From an uncultured Acidobacteriota bacterium (GTDB lineage: Bacteria; Acidobacteriota; Thermoanaerobaculia; UBA5066; Gp7-AA6): a DNA stretch of 64,000 nt. The translations under genes were made by a program, and so were the position numbers. The stretch spans positions 128,001-192,000 of the forward strand of contig CAVXTP010000022.1 of the NCBI GenBank assembly GCA_963764715.1, given 5' to 3'. This document shows positions 1 to 9,183 of the stretch, in pieces. The notes beneath the pieces are model-generated. The model was not told the DNA's origin and did not search any database. It was given only the letters and a program-made list of their open reading frames with translations. Every line of letters starts with the position of its first letter. Positions within the stretch are counted from its first letter, which is position 1.

Positions 1-217
1 AGTAGCGAGGAAGCTCCGCTCGTTTGAAGCCGACTGCGCAAAAGTAGGCGACGATTCGAGAACTCGGCTGGGCAACCTTTCTCTCATCGAAAAAATGGAT
101 AGGGTTGCCGGCGGAAATGAACTCGACGATGGTCTCGCCCTCGAACGGGGTTCCGTCGTCCGAAGACAGGAGTCTAGGAGCGTGGGGGTCATCGTAGACC
201 CCAACTTCTCGGCTCAT
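1..217 (-). CDS. Hypothetical protein, partial (runs off the window start); MSREVGVYDDPHAPRLLSSDDG...
   Basis: ATG at 217 overlaps the TGA of the upstream ORF (ATGA coupling); the frame stays open to position 1. Confidence 0.6.
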   Translation of the reverse strand, partial: MSREVGVYDDPHAPRLLSSDDGTPFEGETIVEFISAGNPIHFFDERKVAQPSSRIVAYFCAVGFKRAELPRY

Positions 218-642
218 AGAGCCTCCGGGATGGACTTGGACGCTTGTCGGTACGGTTTTGTGCCCGATCGTGCCTCCACGGCCCGGGAAGGCCGCTTCCT
301 GCGTTGCTCGAGCGCCTTCTGAAGGGCCGCCTTCACTGCCAAGCTGGCGGTCCGATTTCGCCTAGCCCCAAGAAGCTGGAAGTAGTGCCCCCAGCCCCCC
401 ACGGGGAAGCGGACGACAAGCTCGAACTCGCCCTCCTGGTGGACGATGGCACCCGGCAGGGCTTTGAGCCTATTTTTCAGTCTGGGGTGATCGGTGTAGG
501 CGCAGAGTTCGTTCCCGCCGTACGGGTAGATCTTCCCGTACCTGCACGGGACCTCCAGCAGCCACGGGTCGAATGCTTGCCCCGGAACGTGGCTCTCGTC
601 CCATTGGTTCCTGTGGCTTGGGAAGCGTTCCTTCAGGTTCAC
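214..642 (-). CDS. Hypothetical protein, mobile-element type
   Basis: Protein-like ORF (DPWLLEVPCRYGKIYPYGG...). Likely GTG start at 642 with GAGGGAG upstream. Coupled to the next gene. Confidence 0.65.
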   Translation of the reverse strand: MNLKERFPSHRNQWDESHVPGQAFDPWLLEVPCRYGKIYPYGGNELCAYTDHPRLKNRLKALPGAIVHQEGEFELVVRFPVGGWGHYFQLLGARRNRTASLAVKAALQKALEQRRKRPSRAVEARSGTKPYRQASKSIPEAL

Positions 643-774
643 GCAGCTCCCTCGCCAAATGCCCAACATCTGTCCGGCTTCCGAGACTTTCAACATCATG
701 CAGACAAGACTACGCACGGAGAGAGACATTCTCCACGGCGATATCCGAACGATTTTCGAGAGGATAGCGAGAGA

Positions 775-1623
775 TTAACGAGACGTGCGTGGGCCTGCGT
801 CTGCCACAGGGAGGGCATCGGCAAGCGCCATGAGGATCTCCGTGTAGTTCAATTCTGCCGGTACCTTCCCGCTCTTCCTATAGCGATCGCGGCGGTCGTA
901 GAGGACCTTCTCCGACACATCACGGGCCTTGAGTCCTACGGCGGCATAAGTAGCGGTCAGCAAGTCGCTGCATTCGGCAAGATGCGGCCGTCTTGTCCGC
1001 GTTTCAACGAGGTCCAAGAGCCTGACCTCTTGATCCACGAGTAGATTCCGTTTCCGACCTCGCAGCGTCACCAGATAGTCGCCGTATTCCTCTAACTCTT
1101 TTGGAAGGTTCAAGCGTCGTTGAAAGGCTCCGAACGATGCCTCTATATCGACGCTTCCCGCGGTGCCGTGTTTAATGACTGATGCGAGCGCTTCGTTGAA
1201 GGCATGTCCTGGGGCTCCGTAGACGCTATCGTTTACGCTCTCGATCTCTTTCGCCAGCTGCCGAAGCTGCCGCTTCAGCCGACCGAGTGCGCTCAGCCTT
1301 GGAAGCCCGACGTAGTCACGCGGAGTGCGCTCGAGGCAAGCCGCGAACCAGCACGCTTCAAGCGCGCGTGGCAATTCAGAGCCGAAATGGATCTTACTGA
1401 TGGGCGGTCCGCTGGTGGCATGCTTGCCCTTGATCGAGAGAGGCGAGTACGCGCCTAAAAGCTTCGCGTATGCCTCTGCCGCTCGCTCACCGCCGTCTTG
1501 TGAAAACACCTCGCGGAGGAAGTCCTGGCTCAAATCAAAGTCGCCATTCCAGGGATAGAGAAGCTTCGCCGTCGCCGCGGGCTCAAACTGTCGGATTGCC
1601 ACGACCTTCCCCTCCTGAATCAT
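775..1623 (-). CDS. Hypothetical protein (282 aa), mobile-element associated
   Basis: Long ORF with globular, helical composition; no family recognised. Confidence 0.65.
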   Translation of the reverse strand: MIQEGKVVAIRQFEPAATAKLLYPWNGDFDLSQDFLREVFSQDGGERAAEAYAKLLGAYSPLSIKGKHATSGPPISKIHFGSELPRALEACWFAACLERTPRDYVGLPRLSALGRLKRQLRQLAKEIESVNDSVYGAPGHAFNEALASVIKHGTAGSVDIEASFGAFQRRLNLPKELEEYGDYLVTLRGRKRNLLVDQEVRLLDLVETRTRRPHLAECSDLLTATYAAVGLKARDVSEKVLYDRRDRYRKSGKVPAELNYTEILMALADALPVADAGPRTSR

Positions 1624-1712
1624 ACGATCTGGGGCCTATCGCGCGCGGCGGGTGAAGCGCTACCCCTTCCCGCTCAGCCGCCCCTGACGCAAGACTCAGT
1701 ATGCGTCCGCCC

Positions 1713-3824
1713 CTACGGCCCGTAGAGCTGCAAGCCGAAGGTCTTCACGAGAAACACGGCCATCTGGCCCCTGGTAATTTGGTTGAGGGGGCAGTAGTTC
1801 CCGTTACCGCAGCCTCCCGTGACCTGCTCGGCCGCAAGCTGCTCGACCCAGTCGGCGAACAACGACGGGCATGCAACGTCCCCGAAAACGCCACTACAAC
1901 TTGGGGGCGTGTAACTGGATCCATGCTCAGACTTCAACAGAAACGCCGCCATTTGATCCCTTCGAACGGGCGTCGTGGGGCAGTAGAAGCCGCCACCACA
2001 GCCTGCCGTGACACCCTCCGCTGCAAGCTGCTCGACCCAGTCGGCAAAGGGACTAGGGCAATCGACGTCGGTGAAGAAACCGAGACACGGTGGCGGTGTG
2101 AAATCTGGGCCGTGCTTTGCCTTGAGTAGGAAGACAGCCATCTGGGCACGTGTCACGACGTTCCCGGGGCAGTAGCCCGTGGCAGAACATCCAGTGGTCA
2201 CCCGATTGTGAAAGAGGTTCTCAACAAATCCGTAGAAGGGATGGGTTGTGAGGACGTCCGAGAAGCTCTCCCCGACGTGGAGGGTCCAAGTCTTTTCGGC
2301 GGAGGATGGGAAGGTCTCGACGAACGTCGCATCCCAATGGGTAGCGGGTCTGGGCCCCGAGACCGCCATTTGATAGCAGTCCGCCATGGCCGTGAAGCAG
2401 TCGTCGGAGCTTCCGGGGTTGAGCGTGCCGTAGTCCGCCGAATCGTCTTGAATTGTGTAGCCCCCGGGTGCGTTAGGACCGGTAAAGGAAGAGGCTGTCC
2501 CTTTCAGGTCCACTGCGGCCGAAGCCTCGTTGCTCCAACCGGGTTCTATCAGGGCAACCTCTCCCGGCTCCAGAATCCCATTCAGGTTCGACATTCCGGT
2601 GCTATGGACATCCACCCTAAGTTGAGTAGCTGACAAGGGAAAAGCGAGCCGGGCGAAGGCTCCGTCGTGACCCTCCGTGCCGTAGCTCGTCCAAGCGATT
2701 ACGAAAGTTCCGGTGGGAGACGCAGCGACTGCCGGGTACACCTGCCCTCCCGTTGTGTATGCGTTGACTAGGAAGTCTGGTCCGATTGGAGTTCCGGACT
2801 CGTTGAACCTTCTCCCAAACACCTCGCCGCCCACACCTGTTTGATCGTTGCTCAGCCAAGTCACGAAGAAGCGTCCGAGGTCATCCATCGCAATGCTCGG
2901 AGATACCTGGTAGCCGGTCGTGTAAGTGTTGACCTGAAACTCAAGCCCCTGAGGGACTCCCGCGCTGTCATAGCGGCGCCCGAAAACGCCGTACGCCGAC
3001 CCGTCCTGGGAGTCTTTGCTCGTCCAGGCAACGACAAACTCCCCAGCGGGATTTGTGGCGACGCTCGGAGTACGCTGGTTATCGGTCGTGTACGCGTTGA
3101 CCTGAAACTCGTCGCCATCTGGCGCGCCTGAACTGTCATAGCGGCGTCCGATCACGGCCTCGCCTGAGCCATCTTGATCCTTGCTCGTCCACACAACGAC
3201 GAAGGTGCCGAACGGGTCCATCGCTAACGACGGAGCAAATTGACCCCCGCTCGTGTACGTGTTGACCTGGAACTCGACACCGCTCGCACTACCGTCGCTG
3301 TCGAAACGCTGCGCGAAGATTCCCGAACCATCCTGGCCGCCCGTGCCCGACCAAGCGACTACGAAGTTTCCCAAGCCATTCGTCGCGACGCTAGGTCGGT
3401 ACTGGAGACCGGTCGTGTACGTATTGACCTGGAACTCTCCGCCCTGACGAACGGCCGCGGCATCGAAACGTTGTGCGAAGACTCCATAACCGTCACCGTC
3501 TTGACCCGAGGAGCTCGTCCAAGCAACGACGAAATCGCCAGCGGCATCCATGCTGACGCTCGGAAGCTTTTGTGATCCGGTTGTGTAGGTGTTCACTTGG
3601 AACACGGGTCCGATCGGCGAGCCCGAGCTGTCGTAACGAAGGCCGACAATGTCGCCGTTCGACCAGATGACGACGAAGCCACCGACGCCATCCATCGCCA
3701 TCTTTGGGTCCTGGCCTTCTGCGCTAACCGGAAACTCCGGACCGAATGTTGGAACCTGAGCGCCCGCAAACGTCGCGGCAAGTACTACGAGCAGAAGAAG
3801 AACGACGGCCGTTCGGCGGGCCAT
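1713..3824 (-). CDS. Secreted surface protein with ~57-aa 'EFQVNTYTTG' repeats (beta-propeller-like) and C-terminal S-layer homology (SLH)-like repeats
   Basis: GGAGG RBS, then signal peptide MARRTAVVLLLLVVLAATFAGA. Six clear tandem repeats plus a partial first one. C-terminal FSDV...TRAQMAVFL motif occurs three times. Confidence 0.85.
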   Translation of the reverse strand: MARRTAVVLLLLVVLAATFAGAQVPTFGPEFPVSAEGQDPKMAMDGVGGFVVIWSNGDIVGLRYDSSGSPIGPVFQVNTYTTGSQKLPSVSMDAAGDFVVAWTSSSGQDGDGYGVFAQRFDAAAVRQGGEFQVNTYTTGLQYRPSVATNGLGNFVVAWSGTGGQDGSGIFAQRFDSDGSASGVEFQVNTYTSGGQFAPSLAMDPFGTFVVVWTSKDQDGSGEAVIGRRYDSSGAPDGDEFQVNAYTTDNQRTPSVATNPAGEFVVAWTSKDSQDGSAYGVFGRRYDSAGVPQGLEFQVNTYTTGYQVSPSIAMDDLGRFFVTWLSNDQTGVGGEVFGRRFNESGTPIGPDFLVNAYTTGGQVYPAVAASPTGTFVIAWTSYGTEGHDGAFARLAFPLSATQLRVDVHSTGMSNLNGILEPGEVALIEPGWSNEASAAVDLKGTASSFTGPNAPGGYTIQDDSADYGTLNPGSSDDCFTAMADCYQMAVSGPRPATHWDATFVETFPSSAEKTWTLHVGESFSDVLTTHPFYGFVENLFHNRVTTGCSATGYCPGNVVTRAQMAVFLLKAKHGPDFTPPPCLGFFTDVDCPSPFADWVEQLAAEGVTAGCGGGFYCPTTPVRRDQMAAFLLKSEHGSSYTPPSCSGVFGDVACPSLFADWVEQLAAEQVTGGCGNGNYCPLNQITRGQMAVFLVKTFGLQLYGP

Positions 3825-4495
3825 GGAGCCTCCGGTGTTCCTGCGCCGCATCATATCGCCCATGTGACTAGCGAAGCCGGAGGGCGCGGGCCCAGAACGA
3901 CCTTCCCCGCGATTCAAGGAGTGCCGCGGCCTTCTCGCGCCACTCCGGTGAGCCTCGCTCGAGCCGGGACAGAGTCGGGTCGCGGGCGATTTCGGCATCG
4001 AGTTCGCTTGGAGCTGTACACCGGCTCGAGCTCTCAAATATCAGCGTCGGGTTGAGGATGAGGTCTTCCTGAACGGTCTCAAGGAAGTCATTCCGCTCCC
4101 GCGTTCCGGCTCGGCCGGTCTCTGCAAGATGGCCTAGTTCCTGCCGAAGAATAGATTCCGGCGATCCAAGAACTTTCGGGAGCCTCGCCTCCAGTCCTCG
4201 CGAAACGTGAAAGGCGGCAGGCCGGGCGAGGGCCGACGGTTCGCGCTCGCGCCGTCGCGCGAAAGCTAGCCGCCCGTCGATAGTGTGCCCTCTTTCGCCG
4301 GCAGCGGCAACGATCCGCTACTCGCGGGCCGACTGAGACTTGCGCAACTGGCTTGACCTCGAATGACAAGTCTTGCCGGCCTTCGCACTCGGGCTGAGGA
4401 GCTTCCCATTCGAAACCGAGGTGTAGGATTGGACCAACTTCGGTGCGGCTCCCACCCTTCTTTTCTTTCCCGCGCCGCTAGCTGGAGGAAGGACA

Positions 4496-5377
4496 ATGAA
4501 ACGCCTGCTGATTTCCCTTCTCGCGGCTTCCCTTGCGTCTGCCTTGTCCGCGCAGAGCGCTCCGCGTGGTCCGGTGATCCCGTCGGATCGAGGGGGGGAT
4601 CCCGGCCCGCAGCCTGGCCCCGATCCGTCAGGCGTCTATGCCGGATCGGTGACTTACACGTTCGGGAATCTGGGCTCATTTACACAACCTTGGCGCGTCC
4701 CGATCAAGGCTCAGCCCTGCCCAGGATGCGCCCCTGGCGAGTACGCAATTAGCGGAACGGACTACGAATCGATCGTGTATCAAGGCGGAGCCGCTGACCG
4801 TGGAAGCGTATCGGGGATGATCGGCCTCGGTGGCGCGGGTTACCTCGAGCTGCAAGGGACAAATTGCTCATACGTGACGCTTGGCCTTGGCGGAGTGAGC
4901 ACCTACAAGACCGGGCGAGTTGGTCCGTCGCCTGGAAACGACATTCGAGTATCGGGTGGCAATCTGACCGGACGGCTCTCGGGCTACGACTGCAGCGGCA
5001 ACCTCGTGGTCGCTGACCTCAACCTTCACAAGCAGAGCGGAAGCTCTGCGAGGACCTGCCCCTACTTCGGGGGTATCTACTTCGGCGCTTACGCGAACTC
5101 GTGCGGGGGATCGCAGGCGGGCGACGTGATTCTGACCCAGTCGGGATGCGCCATCAGCGGCTACTCGGCCGGCGCCGCTACCGCAATCCAAGGAATCCTG
5201 ACCAGCCCCACGACAGCGACCTTCGATTTCGAATCAACCGTTGGTTGCGGGTCAGGATCGGGTACGGCGCAAATTACGAATGGAGTTATCAGAGGTACCT
5301 ACTCCGGGACCTCGAACGGCGGGGCGGGATGCTGCCCGCCAGGGCCGTTCTCAGGAAGCTTTACCTTGACGCCTTAG
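4496..5377 (+). CDS. Secreted Cys/Gly-rich beta-strand protein of unknown function
   Basis: GGAGG RBS; signal peptide MKRLLISLLAASLASALSA; 10 cysteines. Confidence 0.8.
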   Translation: MKRLLISLLAASLASALSAQSAPRGPVIPSDRGGDPGPQPGPDPSGVYAGSVTYTFGNLGSFTQPWRVPIKAQPCPGCAPGEYAISGTDYESIVYQGGAADRGSVSGMIGLGGAGYLELQGTNCSYVTLGLGGVSTYKTGRVGPSPGNDIRVSGGNLTGRLSGYDCSGNLVVADLNLHKQSGSSARTCPYFGGIYFGAYANSCGGSQAGDVILTQSGCAISGYSAGAATAIQGILTSPTTATFDFESTVGCGSGSGTAQITNGVIRGTYSGTSNGGAGCCPPGPFSGSFTLTP

Positions 5378-5421
5378 CGATGCACGTGTAGCTGGCGGGC
5401 GAGCCCTCAAGGACCGTAGAG

Positions 5422-7074
5422 TTGCGCCCCCGACCCGCCAAGTTTGCGCCCCTCTGTGCTAGCGTCGTCGGACGGGCTGTCCCTAGGACGAAACCGCAAT
5501 CGCAGGGGATCGAATTGCAAACGACGAATGCGCAAGGCCGGCTCGCACTGGCTTGGACTGCGATCGTGACCGTGGCGCTCGCAATCCGAGTGATCCCGAT
5601 CGCTGCGGGAAGCCCGTACATCTCCTACGTCGACGAGGGGAACTATCTTCACCCGGCTTTCACGATCCTGCGTACCGGCAACTGGGACCAGCCAGCCTAT
5701 CTCTACCCGCAGCTACCCATCATGGGCGCGGCCGTGTCCATGGAGGTAGCGGATTGGATATCCCGAACGATCCGCGGCCGTTCGCTTGCGAGCGCCGTCC
5801 CCGATGACGTGCAGGTATACGACGAAATGGAGCCATCCGAGTTCCTCCTCGCGGCTCGGCTTGCGGTTGTCGGATTGAGCTTGGCGACCGTTATCCTCAC
5901 GGGAATACTCGCGAGTCGGCTGGCAGGCAGAGCCGCTGGCTTCGCCGCAGCCCTCCTTGCGGCGTTAGCGCCGGCGCTCGTCCTGCGAGGCTCGGTTGCG
6001 ACAGTAGACCCGTGGGCAACGTTTTTCGTTCTGTTGGCGCTGACGCTAACGGACGTCTCACGCACCTCTCGCCGACCCGGCCTTGCTTCGCTAGGCGCGG
6101 GGGCGATGGCCGGGTGCGCGTTCGCCTCGAAGTACCCGGCGATCATCGTGATTATTGCCCACGTCGTGACAACGCTAGTCGAGTCTCTGCCCGTAAAGGA
6201 AAAGATCCGACGACTCTCTCTGGCCTTTCTAGGGCTCATCGTTGCAGCGCCGATCGCGATGCCGGCGCTTCTCTTCCACACCCGTGACGTCGTCGCCGCC
6301 GTTCTGGAGCAGGGTAGACAGTACTCGGTTCTGGCGTCGCCAGCTTTATGGCGGCAAGCATTCGTACGAGCCGAGTGGGATCACCCGTACGAACATCCGG
6401 AGCTGGGGGTTGCCTTCGTTCTCATGGCAGCGGGAGGGCTCGTGCTGGGGCTGCGGACCAGACGAATCGCTCCCACTATCTGGGGCTGGTGCGCGCTGAT
6501 CGCCGTCTCTGTTGCGCTGTACGGGACCCGGTCCTACCAACCGTTCCGCAACATGCTACCGCTCGTGCCTCTGGCTTGCGTAGCGGTGTCGTTCCTCTAC
6601 GCGAAGCTTGAAAACCTGCTTGGTCGCCCTCATCTCGTTGCCATTGCTGGGGTGATTTGGATCCTGGCATCATTCGGCGTTCCGTTGACCATGTTCGTCT
6701 CGGCTCGTGCTCGGCTCGTGGACAGCCGCGTCCGGGCGATCGACTGGCTCGCCGAGCACGCGCGACGGGGCGACACCGGCATCGTAGTCCGAGAACTTGG
6801 AATCCTGCGCCAAGAGGTTCGGCGGGTGCCAGCATGGATCGGTCCCAGATGGTCGATGCTGGCACCTCAGGCCATCGCCGACCACAAGCCTCGATGGTTG
6901 GTCGTCGGCGTAGTAGACCACCCTGGCGCCCCCGTCGTCCAAGTGGGCGAGCTACCAGAGGTGAAGTGGGCCTACGAAGTGCGCTTTAGGACCGGGAAGC
7001 GGTCTGCACCCGGGGATCGAGGTGGATGGCGCGGTAACGACCAGATGATCAGTGTGCTAGAGAGGAAACGCTAA
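5422..7074 (+). CDS. GT-C fold membrane glycosyltransferase (PMT/ArnT-like, GT39/GT83)
   Basis: Many TM helices; first-loop 'YVDEGNY' DE motif; 'FASKYP' motif; periplasmic C-terminal domain. Start codon uncertain. Confidence 0.8.
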   Translation: MRPRPAKFAPLCASVVGRAVPRTKPQSQGIELQTTNAQGRLALAWTAIVTVALAIRVIPIAAGSPYISYVDEGNYLHPAFTILRTGNWDQPAYLYPQLPIMGAAVSMEVADWISRTIRGRSLASAVPDDVQVYDEMEPSEFLLAARLAVVGLSLATVILTGILASRLAGRAAGFAAALLAALAPALVLRGSVATVDPWATFFVLLALTLTDVSRTSRRPGLASLGAGAMAGCAFASKYPAIIVIIAHVVTTLVESLPVKEKIRRLSLAFLGLIVAAPIAMPALLFHTRDVVAAVLEQGRQYSVLASPALWRQAFVRAEWDHPYEHPELGVAFVLMAAGGLVLGLRTRRIAPTIWGWCALIAVSVALYGTRSYQPFRNMLPLVPLACVAVSFLYAKLENLLGRPHLVAIAGVIWILASFGVPLTMFVSARARLVDSRVRAIDWLAEHARRGDTGIVVRELGILRQEVRRVPAWIGPRWSMLAPQAIADHKPRWLVVGVVDHPGAPVVQVGELPEVKWAYEVRFRTGKRSAPGDRGGWRGNDQMISVLERKR

Positions 7075-7159
7075 CTCCGGTTCGTGGTCACGACCCGCTC
7101 GTGCCGCGTGCCCCGAGCACCTCTCGTTCGCAGAGCCTCGGGCGCGATAATCTTTCCCG

Positions 7160-8020
7160 GTGCAGGAGCCAACCCGACTTGACTGGCGCGAGGTCGGCGT
7201 GGCTTTTCGCGAGGCCGTTGCGAAGGACTTCCCGGGTTGGATCGCTCCCGATCAGTCCCACCACGCCATGCAGCTCGCCTTCGCCCACAGCCGTCTCGCC
7301 GAGGGGCGGGAGCTGGCGGAACACCCCTACATAAACTCGGCCACCGTAGAGAGGCCGATCCGCTGTCTTGACGTAGGCTCGGGTAACGGCGGCGTGGCAG
7401 TAGCCCTTGCCAACGTGCCTCGTTTTCGAGTTGAGACGATCGACCTTGGCCGGAACTCAACGATGGAGCGCGTACGCCGCTCGACCGGGTTGCCGATCGG
7501 ACGGACCTTGGGCGACGTCAGCGCGCTACCCTTTGCCGACGAGACTTTCGACGTCGTGCTGTTGATCGACGTCGTCGAGCACGTTCGCGACCGACGGCGA
7601 ATGGGCTCGGAGGCCATGCGCGTACTCAAGCCCGGGGGAGTCTGCTTCATCACGACTCCCGCGCGGCTGCGATACTTTTGGCGCCCCGATCCGCACTATG
7701 GCGTTCGCGGCCTGGTCATTCTTCCAAACGGCCTGCAGCGGTTCATCATAGATCGCGTTCTGAGGCGGCGCGTGTCAAGCCAGAGTGGTTTTCCGGCCCC
7801 GGCCTACGATGTCGAACACACGTTTTGGCACGTCGTCGAGCTTGCGCGGCTCTTCCCCGGGAGGAAGTCCGTCGAGGCCCTCTACCACTTTCCCTTGGCG
7901 GGCGGTCCACCGTTGAGCTGGGAGTGGTGGCGCCGCCGACTGCGTGGCTTCGTCTTCCACCACGTCGTGATCTGGAAGGATGAGAGGGCAGGCGGAGCGG
8001 ACAACTCGCAAGTCGGCTAA
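7160..8020 (+). CDS. Class I SAM-dependent methyltransferase
   Basis: Motif I CLDVGSGNG; LPFADETFDVV; VVEHV; RVLKPGG. Confidence 0.85.
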   Translation: MQEPTRLDWREVGVAFREAVAKDFPGWIAPDQSHHAMQLAFAHSRLAEGRELAEHPYINSATVERPIRCLDVGSGNGGVAVALANVPRFRVETIDLGRNSTMERVRRSTGLPIGRTLGDVSALPFADETFDVVLLIDVVEHVRDRRRMGSEAMRVLKPGGVCFITTPARLRYFWRPDPHYGVRGLVILPNGLQRFIIDRVLRRRVSSQSGFPAPAYDVEHTFWHVVELARLFPGRKSVEALYHFPLAGGPPLSWEWWRRRLRGFVFHHVVIWKDERAGGADNSQVG

Positions 8021-8100
8021 GCGTTCCGGGGTAACCCCAGTCCTACGGCCCCGGGCTTGGCGCGGAAATACAGGAATCCGCGGTTGACCCGTCGATCCCG

Positions 8101-8469
8101 CGGTTTGATGACACTAGAGTTCAGGCGAGCGATTGGGTCGCGGCGCATGCCCACCCCTATGATGGCGTTGTTGTGATGCGAGAGCTTGGAGTGTTAGACC
8201 AGGAGATGGCTCGCTTGCCGAAGCACCAGGCTTCCGTCTGGTCGATCCGGACGGCGGAAGCAATCTCAATGGGGCGCCCTCGTTTCCTAATCGGAGGATC
8301 GCTCGCTCGGGTAGACGGCGGATCGGCTAATGTGCTTGATCTCGACGCCGTCCGGGACGACTACACGGTGGTGTTTAAGGCGGGGTCTGAGTTGACACCG
8401 CTCGAGAAGTATCTGTGGCGAGGAAACGGACAGAAGGTCTACGTGTTGGAGGAAAAGCAGACCAGATAG
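8101..8469 (+). pseudogene. Truncated paralogue of the C-terminal domain of the GT-C gene at 5422-7074
   Basis: Frame reads RFDDTRVQASDWVAAHA..VVMRELGVLDQEMARLP...WRGNGQKVYVLE, aligning by eye to RLVDSRVRAIDWLAEHA..VVRELGILRQEVRRVP...WRGNDQMISVLE. No TM part is present. Confidence 0.75.
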
Positions 8470-8724
8470 CGGGCCGAGCGTGTGGGACAGGCCTGACGGC
8501 GCGGGGCCGAGCGACAATGTTGCTGATCTCGACCGCTTGTCAAGCGGTATGCCCCGCTAGTTGACGATGTCACCGTTGTTTGTACCGCTGCGCCCTCCGC
8601 GGCGTTCTCGCGTTCCGGAACGACCGTGCAACCCTGCCTGCGAACACCGCCGCGCTACCGTGCGTCATGCGATATGAGCCCGGGAAACGCGAAGTGCCAC
8701 GGTAACGTCAGCGATAGAGCCGGT

Positions 8725-9183
8725 TCAACGGGCGGATAAAGTCGCATGTTCATATTCGTCCCTGGTGCCAACGAAAAAACGCTCCATCCGAATACGCGGC
8801 TTGCCCTCGGGACGAAGTTCTACAAACTCTCTTCCCCAAATTCTTGACTCCCTTCCTGTCGACGGAACGACGTTCGCATGATCGTCTGCCAACACGAATA
8901 CATCGCGAGCCCACCCTTGGTTGTAGAGGGAGCTGGTGCAGGCGGTTAGATCACTGCTAATGGCAACTTGGAGCGTATCGTTAGCATTGGCGAGCGGTGG
9001 GCAAGTCGGGTCCTCAAACCTCACCGTTATCCAGCCCCGCGCATTGGCTGGCAGAACATAGCGAAGAGCAGGGCGAGCGCGGCAGGCCGACGCTGCCGTG
9101 GCGACTACAACCAGGACAAGAGCGTAGCGTGTCGTTAGTCCGCGGCGGTGTCCCAAGGCAGTCTCCCTGGTGATTGCGAACAT
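8725..9183 (-). CDS. Putative lipoprotein (DUF6843-like), candidate immunity protein of the RHS toxin
   Basis: Overlaps the RHS 3' end; hydrophobic stretch with lipobox ASAC; YVLPANARGWITVRF...PPL motif. Confidence 0.7.
   Translation of the reverse strand: MFAITRETALGHRRGLTTRYALVLVVVATAASACRARPALRYVLPANARGWITVRFEDPTCPPLANANDTLQVAISSDLTACTSSLYNQGWARDVFVLADDHANVVPSTGRESRIWGREFVELRPEGKPRIRMERFFVGTRDEYEHATLSAR

Noticed and set aside
244-1044. 266-aa plus-strand ORF
   Set aside because: Antisense to two more protein-like, co-oriented minus-strand genes.
2700-3700. Regularly spaced ~170-bp DNA repeats (possible CRISPR or DGR)
   Set aside because: They are degenerate in-frame coding repeats of the surface protein; no identical repeats with spacers, cas genes or reverse transcriptase.
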